Under the pieces are notes generated by a model. The model saw nothing but the letters and a program-made list of their open reading frames with translations. It was not told the DNA's origin and searched no databases. Positions 13,710 to 30,910 of a stretch of DNA of 64,000 bases are shown here, piece by piece. The stretch's first letter is position 1. The number at the start of each line of letters is the position of its first letter. This DNA is from the human T2T-CHM13v2.0 reference genome, Homo sapiens: the NCBI RefSeq assembly GCF_009914755.1, contig NC_060927.1, one strand, 5' to 3'. A program made the translations under genes and the position numbers.

Positions 13710-14533
13710 CTATTTTGCACTCAGCCATGGGTAGCCCCAGGTCTACTCAGTACTGGGAACAGGCAAGGGGATTTCCCATTTGGGTGGAATGGGCAGATCT
13801 GTTCACCAAGACAAAGTTGCAGTCAGAGACAATCCAGGCAAACAAAAAATTGTAGAAATGCAGCCTTGTTAATTTACATTTGCAAATTATGGCTTACAAA
13901 TTCTCACACTCCTGCTTGTCTTCATGATGGCCTTGTGGAAAATAAAAAAACTAAACTTCCTAGATTGAATTATTGCCATGATGGATGTTAAAGGCCTCCC
14001 TCAGAAGGATTTTAGCCATTCTGGCTAATGACCATCCTCCACTTGCTTGATCCAGGGACAGCAGTGCCCACCTCACCCACCTGCCTTGAGGATATCTCTC
14101 TGAGGCATTAGAGAACAGGGAAGTGCATGGAATTAGCTCAGTACGGATTCTATTACATTACATTTCTATTATATTTAGACTCTTACTCATGGGTCCTGAC
14201 AACCAATTGCTTTGTAATATATATTCTGTCTTCAGTATTACATTATAAGCTTCCTGGGGTTTTAATTAATTTATTTTTAACTTATCTCTTGTTATAGTCA
14301 TCCTTTTCTACTCCCCTCAACCCCTACCTCCTGGGGTTTTGTGTAATATCTTGCACATAGTAGATACTCTCTGTTGGATAAATGAAAGAATGTCTAGATG
14401 GTACTAAAAATAAAACAACTGTGAAGGGCTTTCTCAACCTGGGTAGGCCAGTATTCCCTCTGAACTATCTTTAGGATTAACTTGCTTGATTTTGCTTAGG
14501 CAGAACTCACCTTCTACTTCCAAAGTGTGATGG

Positions 14534-14933
<400 letters not shown>

Positions 14934-17699
14934 TTAATAACTTATATAGCAACATGACATTGTCCTTAAACCCAAGCACATGGTAATGTTTATAATAATT
15001 CATTTTTATTATATTTTACAGCAGCAATTGGTCATGATAAATTAAAAACAATTAAAAAAAAACCCTAGTTGTTCCCTATGGGTAGCAAGAAACACTGTTT
15101 TAATGAGTTTGCTTTCAGTACTGTATCAAGGTGCTCTATAATATGTGAACGCTGGGTTTCCCAAATTTTTGAACATGCTTTTGCCACGTTGCACAACATC
15201 ATAACTATTTCTTTCTTTAAATAGAACTTTTATGTCTGACTTCAGTTTATTTTTTAAAATACATGATCACAACATAAAGGGAAGACCAATATCAATGGCC
15301 ATGAACAGAAGTTAATTACAAAAATAAATGCAACAAAAACAAAGCAAACAAATTAAATTCTAGCCAGAAACCTGCCAAAAAGCTCTGAACATATGGCCTG
15401 TTAAAACAGTAATAATAGTAACAAGCAAGTGTTGGAAAGGTGTTCAAATCCATCAGCTCCAAACTGAAACAACCTCCTTGTTGTAATCAGAAGGAAAGAG
15501 AATTAGAGGGTCTCACTGTGTAATTCAAGGGCACTTCCTGCCCTGTCATTGTACATCCCAGAGCACTAGCCGCAGTGACCCAGTTTATGAAAGCACTGAC
15601 AGTGTTTCAAAGCCTGGCATAGGATGCGTGAGACATGTTTGTTTTAGTAAATAGGTGGCATTCCCAGAGGCTACAAGACATTATTCTTTAAAGAGTCTGT
15701 GTTTCAGATGTTTGTTTATCAGGGTTTTTTTTTGTTTTTTGCAACATAGAGCACACTTTCTCCAGAAACAATGATATAAATAGGACCACAGAAGCAAGAA
15801 TGCAGATGGATTACTTCACATTTGCAATGAAAAAGAGTAGCAAAGAAGGCTGTTGCAAATGTGTGGTGAGGCATTTCAAACTCACAGGCTTCCTCTGCCC
15901 TAGTGGCTGCTGGTTCTAAGCTTCTGGCAGGCAGTCCTTTCGGGAGAATGGACAGAGGGCCAGGGACAGTCTTTGGCAGACCACAGGGCTTCTGAAGTCC
16001 CTAGGAGGGAAAGTGTCAGCCCTCCAACCACTCCCTGGACTTAGCAGTTGTCACAGGAATGGCTCTTATTTGAAGCTGGGAGGCTTAGTGGTTATGGCCA
16101 GAGCAAGGAAGGTGAGCGCATACCGTGAGGAGCATCCCTCCTGCCAACCTAGAGCTTCAGGGAGTCATGGTACAATCCTACTGTCCTTCCTGACGAGAGC
16201 TAGCACAGCGAGGCTGAGTGTGGGGAGGGAGCACATCTGGAAATATCTCCAATTTATTCAGGGCAGGGGTCCCTCTCACCTCCCTGCACCTTCTTCTCAG
16301 TACTGCCTCTGCCTGGAAGCCGGCTGGAGGCATCTCCTTTACCTAGTATTTCACTCTTTCTCCAGAAGCTCAGCAAGTAGAGCTGACAGTACCCCAGGGG
16401 ACTCCTACAATTTCCTCAGTCTCCAGGGAGATGCCTCCTGAATGAAACGATCTAAGAAAAGAAACATACACAAATACACACTCCTTCCTGTTCTCTCTCA
16501 AGCACCAGAATATTTTCTGCACTGGGCTCCCACACTCAACAGCCTCATTATTCTCTCTGAGATTTTCCTCTCCTTCCTCATTCCCCTGCCTCTGCTACCA
16601 CTCCCACCTTCCACGCAAACACATGCGTGCCTGCACTTACACACACACTCATGCGGTTTCCGCACAGCTATCTCTGAGGGTAGGGGCAGCCACTAAACAG
16701 AGAGGAGGAACTAGATCATCTATCTTGAAAATTTGCCTCAAGCTCAGTAGGTGAAAACTAAGAAAGCTGTTCTCGGAGGTACTGGAGGGCACATAACTCT
16801 TTTCCCATTCCCCTGTTGAGTGTGGGAGCCCAGAGCAGAAAATAGTTTCCTCCCCTCAACCCATCCCCCTCCATCAGTGAGCCTATAACTCATTTCAAGC
16901 CTGCTGTTGAAACCTAACTTTCCTCAGCCAGAACAGCCACAAGAAGTTATGGTTTATTTTCCCCCTCCTCCCTTGCTCTGCTCTGCCATCCCCCCAGTAT
17001 AGAAGACTATGTCTGGCTTTTCTATTTTTGCTGTTGATGAGATAGATACAGTGCTAAGGGTAAGACAGTGTGTTCAAAATAGTGAGGATACATAGGATGA
17101 ATTTGTTTTAAACAATATTTTAGTTATATTTCCAAATAATATGCTGAATATTTTTTTCTTCAACCTCCAGACCGCCTTTCAGGTGAAGCATCTCTAAAAA
17201 TAATGCAATGGGTCCAATTGTTGATCTGAAAAAAGTACAATAAAAACACTACAAGAGCATCCAGAAGTCTGGAAACACAGGTGAAATTGTGCACTTCTTG
17301 TTTCAGATTTACAACTAAATCCACTGCCTTAAATGTAGAGATTCATCACCTGAAACATGGTTGAAAACAAAAATATATTGAGTATTTTTTAAATGTGAAT
17401 ACCATAATTTTAAAATGCCATTTTCTCCTATGCTTTGTCCTGTAATTTAAAAAATTTAACAAGTGGACACTATGATTGGTGTACATTCCTGCCTACAATC
17501 TTCCAAGTTAATTGGATTAATGTAAGACCTACTTATCTACACATAAACCATCCTATGAAAAAGGCTGACCATTTCAAATTAGGAGTGAGCTTCTAATATT
17601 TATCAGAAAATACCAAAACTGAGCTTGATTTGGAGCTTTGCATTATAGTGAAATCCTGAAGCCTCCAATAAGAGTAGGAAAGGGTCACAGTATCCTATT

Positions 17700-18700
17700 T
17701 CTCTTTTACTCTGAAAATAAAATTCTAATTACATAAATATTCTGTCTGTATTACACAATAAATCTAAATAAATGAAAGAAAACTTTTGCCTACAATCTTG
17801 TCACCTCAGCAAATCCAACTTTTTGTTTGGCCCTGATCTTTTCTAGCCATTGTGGATAATCACAGTGGGTGCCTTCTGCCATTTTCAATTAATACAATTT
17901 CAGAAGCATGTTCCATGTTGCTGTGTAGTCCTTGTAATCTACATTTTAATAGCTACATCATCTTTTACATTATTTTCCTGTTGTCCAACATACATTTCAT
18001 AATCTTTTCTATAAGAAATAATGCAGCGAATCTTTGTCTATTTGGCTTTTTTTCCCTTACGAATTACTTGTTCAGAATCTATTCTAAGAGGTAGGATCAA
18101 AGGTCGAAACCCTGGATATGAGGAGGTTTTTATTTCTTCTAGTGACTAAGGAACTCTGAAGGTTCCACCCACAGCCTCCCACCTTTTACATTTGAGATAG
18201 ACATTTCTCCATCAGAAATGTATCCAGCCACTGCAGCAGCCCCACTGGAATGCTGGGACAAGCTCATGGTTCATTTTCGGGAAAGTAGAGGCTTAAACAG
18301 TATGATTTAACCCATACAAGCTTGTTATATGTTACACATAGTTCCTACAAGGAGTATCAACAACACTTTAAGATTATAATAATTTCACTGAAAAAACAAC
18401 TCATAATCAAGTGGTGACATTGAAAGAGTTGTGTGCCCCTTTAATAAACACAAAATAGTCCTCATTTTTGTTTTAATTTGCATTTCTTTTACCACTAGTG
18501 AGGATGAAATCCTTTCCATGTATTTGTTTACTGGTTAGTTCCTCTTGGAAGAGGCATCTCTTTCCTCAGCTCATTTTGTATGAGCATTTTATAGAACACA
18601 GATTTTAAGCTTTTTCGTTAACGCTAGTGATATTTTCCAGTTTCTTTTCCCACTTTAATGTAATTTTAAAGTTATATTAATGAGCTATATTCACCTTCCG
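17700..18700 (-). mobile_element. Highly diverged L1 (L1ME-like) fragments
   Basis: ttaatttgcatttcttttaccactagtgaggatgaaatcctttccatgtatttg resembles antisense L1 3' ORF2. Confidence 0.5.
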
Positions 18701-19440
18701 TTCTCACAGAATTGCTTCAGAAAACTTTGGATACTGGTTTTTATTCAAAGGGCAGATACAAATCACTAATATGCATGTTTCCAAAGGCAACAATAGAAAA
18801 GTATCAAGTGTTTGCATTTTTATAACATGCCAGGTATAAAGAATAGAAATGTTTTTTGTCAATGCTAAATTTATAAGGTTAACTCACTTTTTTGCACAGT
18901 ATAAAAAGAACAATCAATTAAAATAGACTAGGACTCTGGGGAACCTCGAGGTAGGTCATGGGGTTAGAGACTTTGGAATGTGGAGAGACAGGAGCTGGGC
19001 TTTCTTGGGATGGCATAAGATAAAGGCATGTGATGCAGGATGGATATATGCAGGTGGACTGGCAAGCAATAAGATAAAAGAACATTTTCCTTTCTCTCAT
19101 CTTTCCCATTTACTTTTCCTTACCCCTTTCTTATCACTGCATCTGATTTCCTTAAGAAGTAGTTTGCAATTATTTTTAATATCTTGCTTCCTTTCCTTTC
19201 TTTCTGCTCATTCCTTCCCAGCTCCTTTCTTTTCCTTTTCTCATTTGATGGCAGTATAATACAATTACACTAGGGTCAGACAATCTGGGACCACGCCTTA
19301 CCATTTCATATTGTTTGACTTTTGCCAGGTTACTCTCTGAGCCTTAGTTTATTCATCTCTAAAATAAAACAATAATAGTACCTATTTCTAGAAGGCTGTT
19401 ATGAAGACAAAAGGAGAAAATATTTGAGTGCTTAGTACAG

Positions 19441-19845
19441 TATAGTAGACTACTTTATTGTTCACAAATATTTGGTGTTTCTCCCTGGGGGAGCATTAGA
19501 CTTCCCAACCCCACTGATGTCAGCCTAGGCCATGAGATTTGATTTAACCAATGAAATATGAGTGAATGTGACACATGACATTTTGAGGAAGAAGACTGAA
19601 GAGCCAATACACCATTTGTCATGTTTCTCTTTTCCCTCTACCATAATGACCTGCAATGTTCCAGACAGCTATTGCTCCATTCCTCAAAGTCACATAGTAA
19701 AGAAAATATAGACTAAAATCAGAGCCAGCATACAATAAAGATCTAAAATAGCAAAAAAGAAACCTTTGTTATTACAAGTTATAAGTCACTGAGCTTTGGG
19801 GATTGCTTGTTATCACAGCAAACCTAGGCAATACTGACTAATGAA
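19441..19845 (+). mobile_element. MLT1H/I-like LTR inserted in a MIR (19250-19900)
   Basis: ggccatgagatttgatttaaccaatgaaatatgagtg...aagtcactgagctttggggattgcttgttatcacagc; MIR core just upstream. Confidence 0.7.
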
Positions 19846-20556
19846 CACAATATATGGCATATTGAAAGTGCTTAACATTCATTGCTAATATTATTCATGA
19901 TTATTCTCTTTTCTCCTTTTATCCTCCTACCATAAATCCTAACTCTGCCTCATGGGGTGAAGTAAAAATTGAGGAAAGAAGTAGATCAGAAGCTTTGAAG
20001 AGTTTTTTTCCAGGTGATGGTAGGACCAGCCACTGGGAAGGAGTCATATTCAGCAGACATAGGAAAGAAAAAAGAGTTCCTGAAGATTCCATTATTTATC
20101 TGTAACTAATATATGAAAGTTTGACTGGGTTTTTCTGAACATTCACATAATGCAAATACATAACATGGAATGCATTTCTGCTTTACATCTATTATCCCTG
20201 GAGAAAGAAGATGAATGAATGCATACTAAGTTATGAAATGGGTCATAATTAATGTGAGATATATGTAAATGTATTATTTATGAATGAATAAATAAGCACT
20301 ACTTGCTGAAATCCTAAAAGCTGGCAAGAATCATTAGAATCCTTAGGAATATTAGCTCTGGCTTAATTCAAACAGAATAATCAACCCTTGATGTCAGGGG
20401 TACTAGTTAAACTATTTTTCAGAGTTCCTGAAACTCTTGAAATCTAAATATTTCCAGTATTTTTCAATGGATTTTCTCCTTTTAAAATTCACCTTAGTTT
20501 ATGTAAGCTATAATTTGTGAATATTGTAGTACTTTGGCCTCTTTTCAAACGTTACT

Positions 20557-24010
<3,454 letters not shown>

Positions 24011-24029
24011 AAATTTTTTAAAGTTGCAC

Positions 24030-24255
24030 ACAGTGGTTAAGGGTACATACTCTGAGTGTGTCAGCCTGGGTTGGAAACCCAGCTCCAACTGTTATTAGCT
24101 GTGTGACCTTGAGCAAGTGACTTAACCTCCCTTTGCCTCAGTTTCATCACTTGCAGCATCAGGATAATAATAATTGTACCTGCCTCATAGGGTTGTTGTA
24201 AAGATTAAATGAATTAATATAACTAAAGTGCTTAGATAGTATTAATATTATTACT
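24030..24255 (+). mobile_element. MIR SINE
   Basis: ctgtgtgaccttgagcaagtgacttaacctccctttgcctcagtttcatc...tgcctcatagggttgttgtaaagattaaatga. Confidence 0.85.
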
Positions 24256-24474
24256 GGTGTTTTAGTTGGTCGACTGGCCTCCAGAGGCACCAATTTCTGA
24301 AAATGGGCCACTCTCTCCATTGTTTATTCTTTTCATCTCACATTGTTCTCATTGCTTATCTCTAGTTTCTAACAGAGGGTTACACCGGTGGTAGATACTT
24401 GATAACTATTTGTTTAATGGATGGACTATTTCTTAATGAATAAACATTTATTCAACATATTGCATGAAAAGTGC

Positions 24475-24640
24475 ACCTGATGATAGAGTTTCTGTTTGGG
24501 GTGATGGAAAAGTTTTGGAAATAGTGGCGATGATTGCATAACATTGTGAATGTTGCTAATGCTACTGAATTGTATACTTAAAGTGATTAAAATGGCACAT
24601 TTTGTTATAGATATTTTACCATAATGAAATAAAAAGTTTA
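24475..24640 (+). mobile_element. L1MB-like 3' end fragment
   Basis: agagtttctgtttggggtgatggaaaagttttggaaatag...tgaattgtatacttaaa. Confidence 0.7.
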
Positions 24641-25096
24641 TATATACCTAATGGAAAAAAAACCCTACAGCTTTTTGTTCCAGCTGTGCAGAGGCTTTAT
24701 AACCTCAGAAGAGTCAATATACTTGTTTCATCTTGTCTATGGCTAAAACATGCAGGAAAATGACATTCATTTGTAAAGTTCTTTAAAGTCTTAAGGTGGG
24801 AGATGTTTGTGAGCATCTCGATAGGAAAAAGAAGTGAAATTTGGATCTATTGTGAGACACTTTAAGTACCAAAAATGCTTGATCTATCAAGCGTTTGTCT
24901 AGTAAGATAAAATTGCCACCAACTCCACTACAGCTTGCTTCCCACACAAAAGCTGTAAAAATATAGAAGATTCTGCACCTGTTAGCAAAATTATGAATTG
25001 AAATATCTTGAGTTCCGGTGTTAAGTTGCTCAATAACTATATGATTAACAACCTTTATCTTCAGAACTTATGTAACATGATTTACCTGAATATCTT

Positions 25097-25528
25097 TTTT
25101 TTTTTTACTTTCTTTTTATTATTATTATTATTATACTTTTAAGTTTTAGGGTACATGTGCACATTGTGCAGGTTAGTTACATATGTATACATGTGCCATG
25201 CTGGTGCGCTGCACCCACTAACTCGTCATCTAGCATTAGGTATATCTCCCAATGCTATCCCTCCCCCCTCCCCCCACCCCACAACAGTCCCCAGAGTGTG
25301 ATCTCCTGTGTCCATGTTCCCCTTCCTGTGTCCATGTGATCTCATTGTTCAATTCCCACCTATGAGTGAGAATATGCGGTGTTTGGTTTTTTGTTCTTGC
25401 AATAGTTTACTGAGAATGATGATTTCCAATTTCATCCATGTCCCTACAAAGGACATGAACTCATCATTTTTTATGGCTGCATAGTACTCCATGGTGTATA
25501 TGTGCCACATTTTCTTAATCCAGCCTAT
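25097..25528 (-). mobile_element. 5'-truncated young L1 (L1PA2-like)
   Basis: Close to L1HS/L1PA2 3' UTR; GAG at the Ta-diagnostic site (cccactaactcgtcatctagc); 11-bp TSD ctgaatatctt at 25086-25096 and 25529-25539. Confidence 0.9.
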
Positions 25529-26804
25529 CTGAATATCTTAAATACCTCTATAGAAACACTGATTTTGCTAATAATGGTCTGTTTTTAGGAAATGTTCTCA
25601 AAGAGGCAGCTTGAAAAATATCATTAGTTTGATTATTTCAGACCCGTCTAAAGCACATGGATGAATGTTCATCTTATTTATATAAAATATTTACATATTC
25701 TTCCTTTCCTTGACAAAAATTACTTCTTGAGAACCCATGCTGCTTGAAATGATTAAAATTACATGTACATGTTCAAAGGAAGAACAAAGAGCTTAAGTAG
25801 CTAAATTAGTTTGGACTAGTGTGTAGTGTTACTTCCTACCGTTAAGGCAGGATAAAAAGAAATACAATAGTTTCACTAAAAACGAAGGTTTTGTTCATTT
25901 TTTTCTCTTCATTTCTCTGTTTACTGCTGCATGACAAGTAGAGAAAAGACGAAGCATGTTAGAATCCATGGCAGAGTCTGCTATGTATCTTGGCTCTGGT
26001 AGACTATCAAAACCTCAATTAACTCATTTTCAAAATACCGCTATGATAGAAGTTTCTCTCCCTCAAGGAACCCGATTCACTTATAGTTACTAATCTGCAA
26101 AAAGGCACAGGGAGACTTTCATGAAGAAAAAAGATACATATGGTAAACAAACCTATGTATTATTTTCTTTACAAAATACACAAGCTAAAGCTTTGAATGA
26201 AACACCAGGTGGGGGTTGGCAAAATATTTTAAATATTTCCAAAAGCTCAGTAAAAATGTTATTGACATTAAAACAAAAGTTCCTGATCTTGCTTTTGGCT
26301 TGCATTGCTATGTTGACTAAATGCCCTAATTAGGGGTTATATATGTCTAATTGGGGATTACATATGATTTAAAGTGAAAAATAATTATCACATGGTAAAT
26401 GTAGTTTGTTTAGTAGGCAGATGGTTTCAAAAATATGAGGTCCTTGTGGGAAAAGCATAATGAACAAATCCTTACTGATGAAAATGTTGGAAACCATGAG
26501 CCTGTACTAATCATTTGGCAATTAATTGTCTTCTGTACTTCGGCTGCCAGTATTTATTATTTATATCTTAACTTCTGCTGAAAGCATTTACATAGTCTCA
26601 CACTACATATTGTTCTGTCAATATTTTGATTATTTTTTAATCAGCCCTATGAAATCATAGATCTTTAAGGAAAAGGAGATATAGATATCTATAAGAACAT
26701 TCTGTTTTTCTAACAGGCAGTTTCTGGCACTTAGTGAGTGGTTTCCCTTTGTCCTCCTCGCTGACCAACGGGTTGTTGGTAGAACTTTTCCAGTCAGATC
26801 CGTT

Positions 26805-27960
26805 CATTGCACTCATTCAACAAATACTTACTGAGAGCCTACTATGTATCAATTGTTGTACCAAATGTTAAGTGTAGTTAGGCAAAGGAGATATATATAT
26901 ATATATATGGAGTAGGCAGAGAGTGTTCAAGGAAAAGGGAACAATTTATGCAAAGCCTTGAAGCAGGAAAAAGCTGGGCTAGCCTCAGGAACTGAAAGGA
27001 CAGCAGGTTTAAGCTCTGTGGGCAAAGAAGAGAACGGAATGAGATTAGCTTGGAGAGACTAGCAAAAGCCAAATCATGCATGGCCTTGTGGGCCACAGTA
27101 AGTTCTTAAAAGTTTACTCTCCAGCTGTTCTCAGTGAAGATATTGGGGCAGAGTTGGACTGAAGATGTCAGGAAGTATATCAGAGAAATCAGTTTGGAGG
27201 CCATCTCCAGAGTCCAGGTGTTGGCTTATATCAAAGTGGTGAAAGGATAGTAGGAACCAGAGAACTTACAGATGAATTAGATGTGGGAGATGAGGGAAAG
27301 GGAAAGATTTCTGATCTGTATGAAATGGAGTGCCGTTTACTGAGCTGGAAAGACTTGGGATTGACAGAGCTGGGAGGCTTTCAAGGGAATCTAGAGTTTG
27401 ATGGAGAGTATGTTATGTTTGAGATGCCTGAGAGACATCGAGAGAGAGAGAGAAATAGAAAGAGAAAGTTTGAGTTACTAATTACATTTTCAGGTCTGGA
27501 GCCTATTAGAAATATAGTTTATCAGCATATATTGATAGTACTTAAAGAAATGTCAGAAGAACTCTATATTTTAGAAGTTGAAGAGAAGAAGACTATATAG
27601 AAATAGCCAAAGTAGATGGGAAACTAGATGGGTAATGTACCAGAGGTCAAGAGAGGAGAAAGGTCAGCTGAGAAGTATGCAGCTTGAATGCTGTTGAGCA
27701 ATGAGCATGAGGACAAGCAAAGAGACTATTCAGTTGCATGCTACTAGGGTCACTGGAAGCTTTAACCAGGCAGCTTCAGAAATATCTAGGATGCTGAAGA
27801 CGGATCAGAGAACATGGGAGAAGTATAGCATTTTGAGACAGCACAAGCAGACAACTGTCTTTGGGAGTTCAGGAGAGTACATAGAAAGAAAATTCAAGAG
27901 GAGGAGAGAGATTTGGGGGAGGGAGTTGGAGGTGAGATGTGAACTAAGTTTTTAGGTATG
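26805..27960 (-). mobile_element. L2 LINE
   Basis: Starts cattcaacaaatacttactgagagcctactatgta; purine-rich antisense L2 body. Confidence 0.75.
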
Positions 27961-28088
27961 ATGAGCTTCATTCAGGTAGCTGCAGAGCATCCAAGTGAAA
28001 ATATCTTACAGAAGGCTGGATTATGACTTGAGAGAGAGCTTGGAAAGCATGCATGTGTAGCCAAAGCTGGGATAAGAATCTTTAGCCC

Positions 28089-28389
28089 GGCCGGGCGTGG
28101 TGGCTCACGCCTGTAATCCCAGGACTTTGGAAGGCCGAGGTGGGTGGATCACAAGGTCAGAAGATAGAGACCTTCCTGGCCAACATGGTGAAACCCCATC
28201 TCTACTAAAAATACAAAAATTAGGTGGACGTGGTGGTGCGCACCTGTACTCCCAGCTACTCAGGAGGCTGAGGCAGGAGAATCACTTGAACCCAGGAGGC
28301 AGAGGCTGCAGTGAGCCAAGATCGTGCTACTGCATTGCAGTCTGAGTGACAGAGTGAGACTCTGTCTCAAGAAAAAAGAAAAAAAAAAT
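28089..28389 (+). mobile_element. AluSc-like
   Basis: Full Alu; TSD agaat(c/g)tttagccc. Confidence 0.93.
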
Positions 28390-29378
28390 AGAATGTTTAG
28401 CCCAGATCCGCTTTTGACATTACCCTGTCTGCTCCTATAGTCCACGCTTAAGGTCCTGACATAAAAAGGGAGATTCAACACAAAACCCCTCTTCCAGGCA
28501 TAAGTCCTGGACTGCTCTGCTCAGCTAGCAACCATTGGCTCTATCTTCTCTCTAGAATCTGTAAGCCACTCAGTCCCTTACCTTGCCCTTTGACTTTTTT
28601 TTTCTGCAAGCTAAATTTCTACAAGTAGCATTTCTGGACCACAGTATGTTTTGATCTGATGGGTCACAGGCAGCCGTGCACCCTCTTAGGGACCACTGAA
28701 CGTTGAAATGGGATGTGGTATGTTTCTATGTTCTTGCTCTGAATGGCACCTCACTTCTGCTTGGTTTCTGTAGGCTTTGCTAAATAAATTAGAAATTTAA
28801 TATTTCCTGGGATCAGTTAGTGTGGTCTGTTGGGCCATCTGTGGCCCAAGACTTTCCTTCAATATTAGGGAGAGGAGATAAGTTATGAAAGTCAAAGGAG
28901 GTGGGCGGACTTTTGAAAGTGGAACCCATTATGTATGACTGCTGAGTTTTCTCAGCACTTTTGTGAAAACTGGTTTAATAAAGATTCCTCATGAGAAGTG
29001 CTTTCTCATGAAAGTAGCATACAAGTATATTTATAGGCTTATTTTCCTTTTTTCAAAATAACTTTAGCATACACCTACTCAAATAAGCTACCAGTCTCAT
29101 ATGAACTGACTCATTTGTCAATAATAAATGCAGACGCCAGTGTGGGGGCTGACTACTCCATCAAGAACACGTAAAGTATATTGTGTTTTTAGCTTAAGCA
29201 TGTTGGGAAGCAGTAGACTTTTCTTTTTCTTGTTGTTCTAATGGCATCTGCTGACTCAAACATGGTTTCTCTGTCCTGAGACAGACTAATTCATTGCAAA
29301 GGGGACAAAAACACAACATGGGCAGAATGTAGGAGAGATGATTTATGGCACACCAAGAAAGGAATATCTCAACTTTAT

Positions 29379-29822
29379 TGTATTAGTTTCCCAGGGCTGC
29401 TGTAACGAAGTATCACAACCTGGGTGACTTAAAACAACACAAATGTACTGTCTCAGTGTTGTGGAAGACAGAAGTCAACAATAAGGTGTCAGCAGGGCCG
29501 TGATTCTTCTTAAACCTATGGAGGAATCCTTCTTTCTCCCTTCATAGCTTCTGGTGGTTTTGGCCTTCCTCGGTTTACAACTGCATAACTTTAATCTCTG
29601 CCTTCATTATCACATGGCATTCTCACTGTCTGTCTCTGTGTCTGCATGTGGCCATCTTCTTATAAGGATGCCAATTATATTGTGTTAGGGACCCATCTTA
29701 ACTGATTACATATATTTCCAAATTATCATGACTCTATTTCCAAATAAGATCATATTCTGAGGTACTAAAGGTTAGGACTTCAATAGATCTTTTTCAGGGG
29801 AGATACAGTTCAATCCACAACA
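29379..29822 (-). mobile_element. MLT1C-like solo LTR
   Basis: tgtattagtttcccagggctgctgtaac...tttccaaataagatcatattctgaggtact...cagttcaatccacaaca. Confidence 0.85.
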
Positions 29823-30057
29823 CTCATATTCACAAAAAGAAAAAAAATGAAAAAGAATAGTTATGGATAATGGGTTGAGAGGCTAGTTGACCCTATTACT
29901 GTTCTCAAACTACTACTTCTTTACCCTCATGTAACAAAAAGAAAAAAATTGCTTCCTGGGTATTCCTCCTATTTGGCTAAATTGCCCTCTCTTCCTTTCT
30001 TCAGGTAGATATGGTTATGTACCTATTTATCACTTACTACTCACCACTAAATATTGG

Positions 30058-30220
30058 GTAGAGGTTCTCAAATTTTGTTGTGTATTTCATACTACCTGAG
30101 AACTTGTTGAAAACATACAGAAGCCCAGGCCGTATCCTACTTCAATAAGCCTGGGCCCCTCTATCTTCTAATGGCTCTCTAGGTGGATTCTAATGCGCTC
30201 TAAAGTTTAAGAACCACTGG
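30058..30220. mobile_element. MER5B-like DNA transposon
   Basis: ggttctcaaa...aggtggattctaatgcgctctaaagtttaagaaccactg. Confidence 0.65.
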
Positions 30221-30499
30221 CCTTGGGCTTGCAGTCTTTCAACCCCAACCTTTGCCAGCATCATGGAAGAATTCATTATCTACAAAGATGACTCAGCCAT
30301 CACCAAGTCTTCTCATACCTTGCCTTCTTCACCCTCAATGACCTTCTAGTCCACTCCATCAGAGCCAGCTACTTCCACAGCCACACTCTGGACCTTGTTA
30401 TCATTATTTTACTAAACTGATGTGATCAGTATTATAGTGAATGAACTGAATTTTATACAGCAGAATGATAATACAAGTTTTTTTTTTTCTCTAAATCAC

Positions 30500-30910
30500 T
30501 CTATTAGTCCGTTCTTGCACTGCTATAAAGAAATACCAGGGACTGGGTAATTTATGAAGCAAAGAGGTTTGATTGGCTTATGGTTCTGCAGGCTGTACAG
30601 GCAGCATAGCAGCTTCTGCTTCTGGAGAGGCCTCAGGAAGCTTTCAATCATGGAGGAAGGCAAAGGGAGAGCAGACATCTCACATGGTAGGAACAGGAGC
30701 AAGAGTGGGGAGGTGCTATGCACTTTCAAACAACCAGATCTGGCAAGAACTCACTCACTATCTTAAGGATAGCATCAAGAGCAGTGGTGCTAAACCATTC
30801 ATGAGAAACCACCACCATGATCCAATCACCTCCACCAGGCCCCACCACCAACATTGGGGATTGCAATTGAACATGAAATTGGGGCGGGGACACAGATCTA
30901 AACGACATCA
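30500..30910 (-). mobile_element. MSTA solo LTR
   Basis: ttagtccgttcttgcactgctataaagaaatacc...gggacacagatctaaacgacatca; perfect TSD atcac (30495-30499, 30911-30915). Confidence 0.9.
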
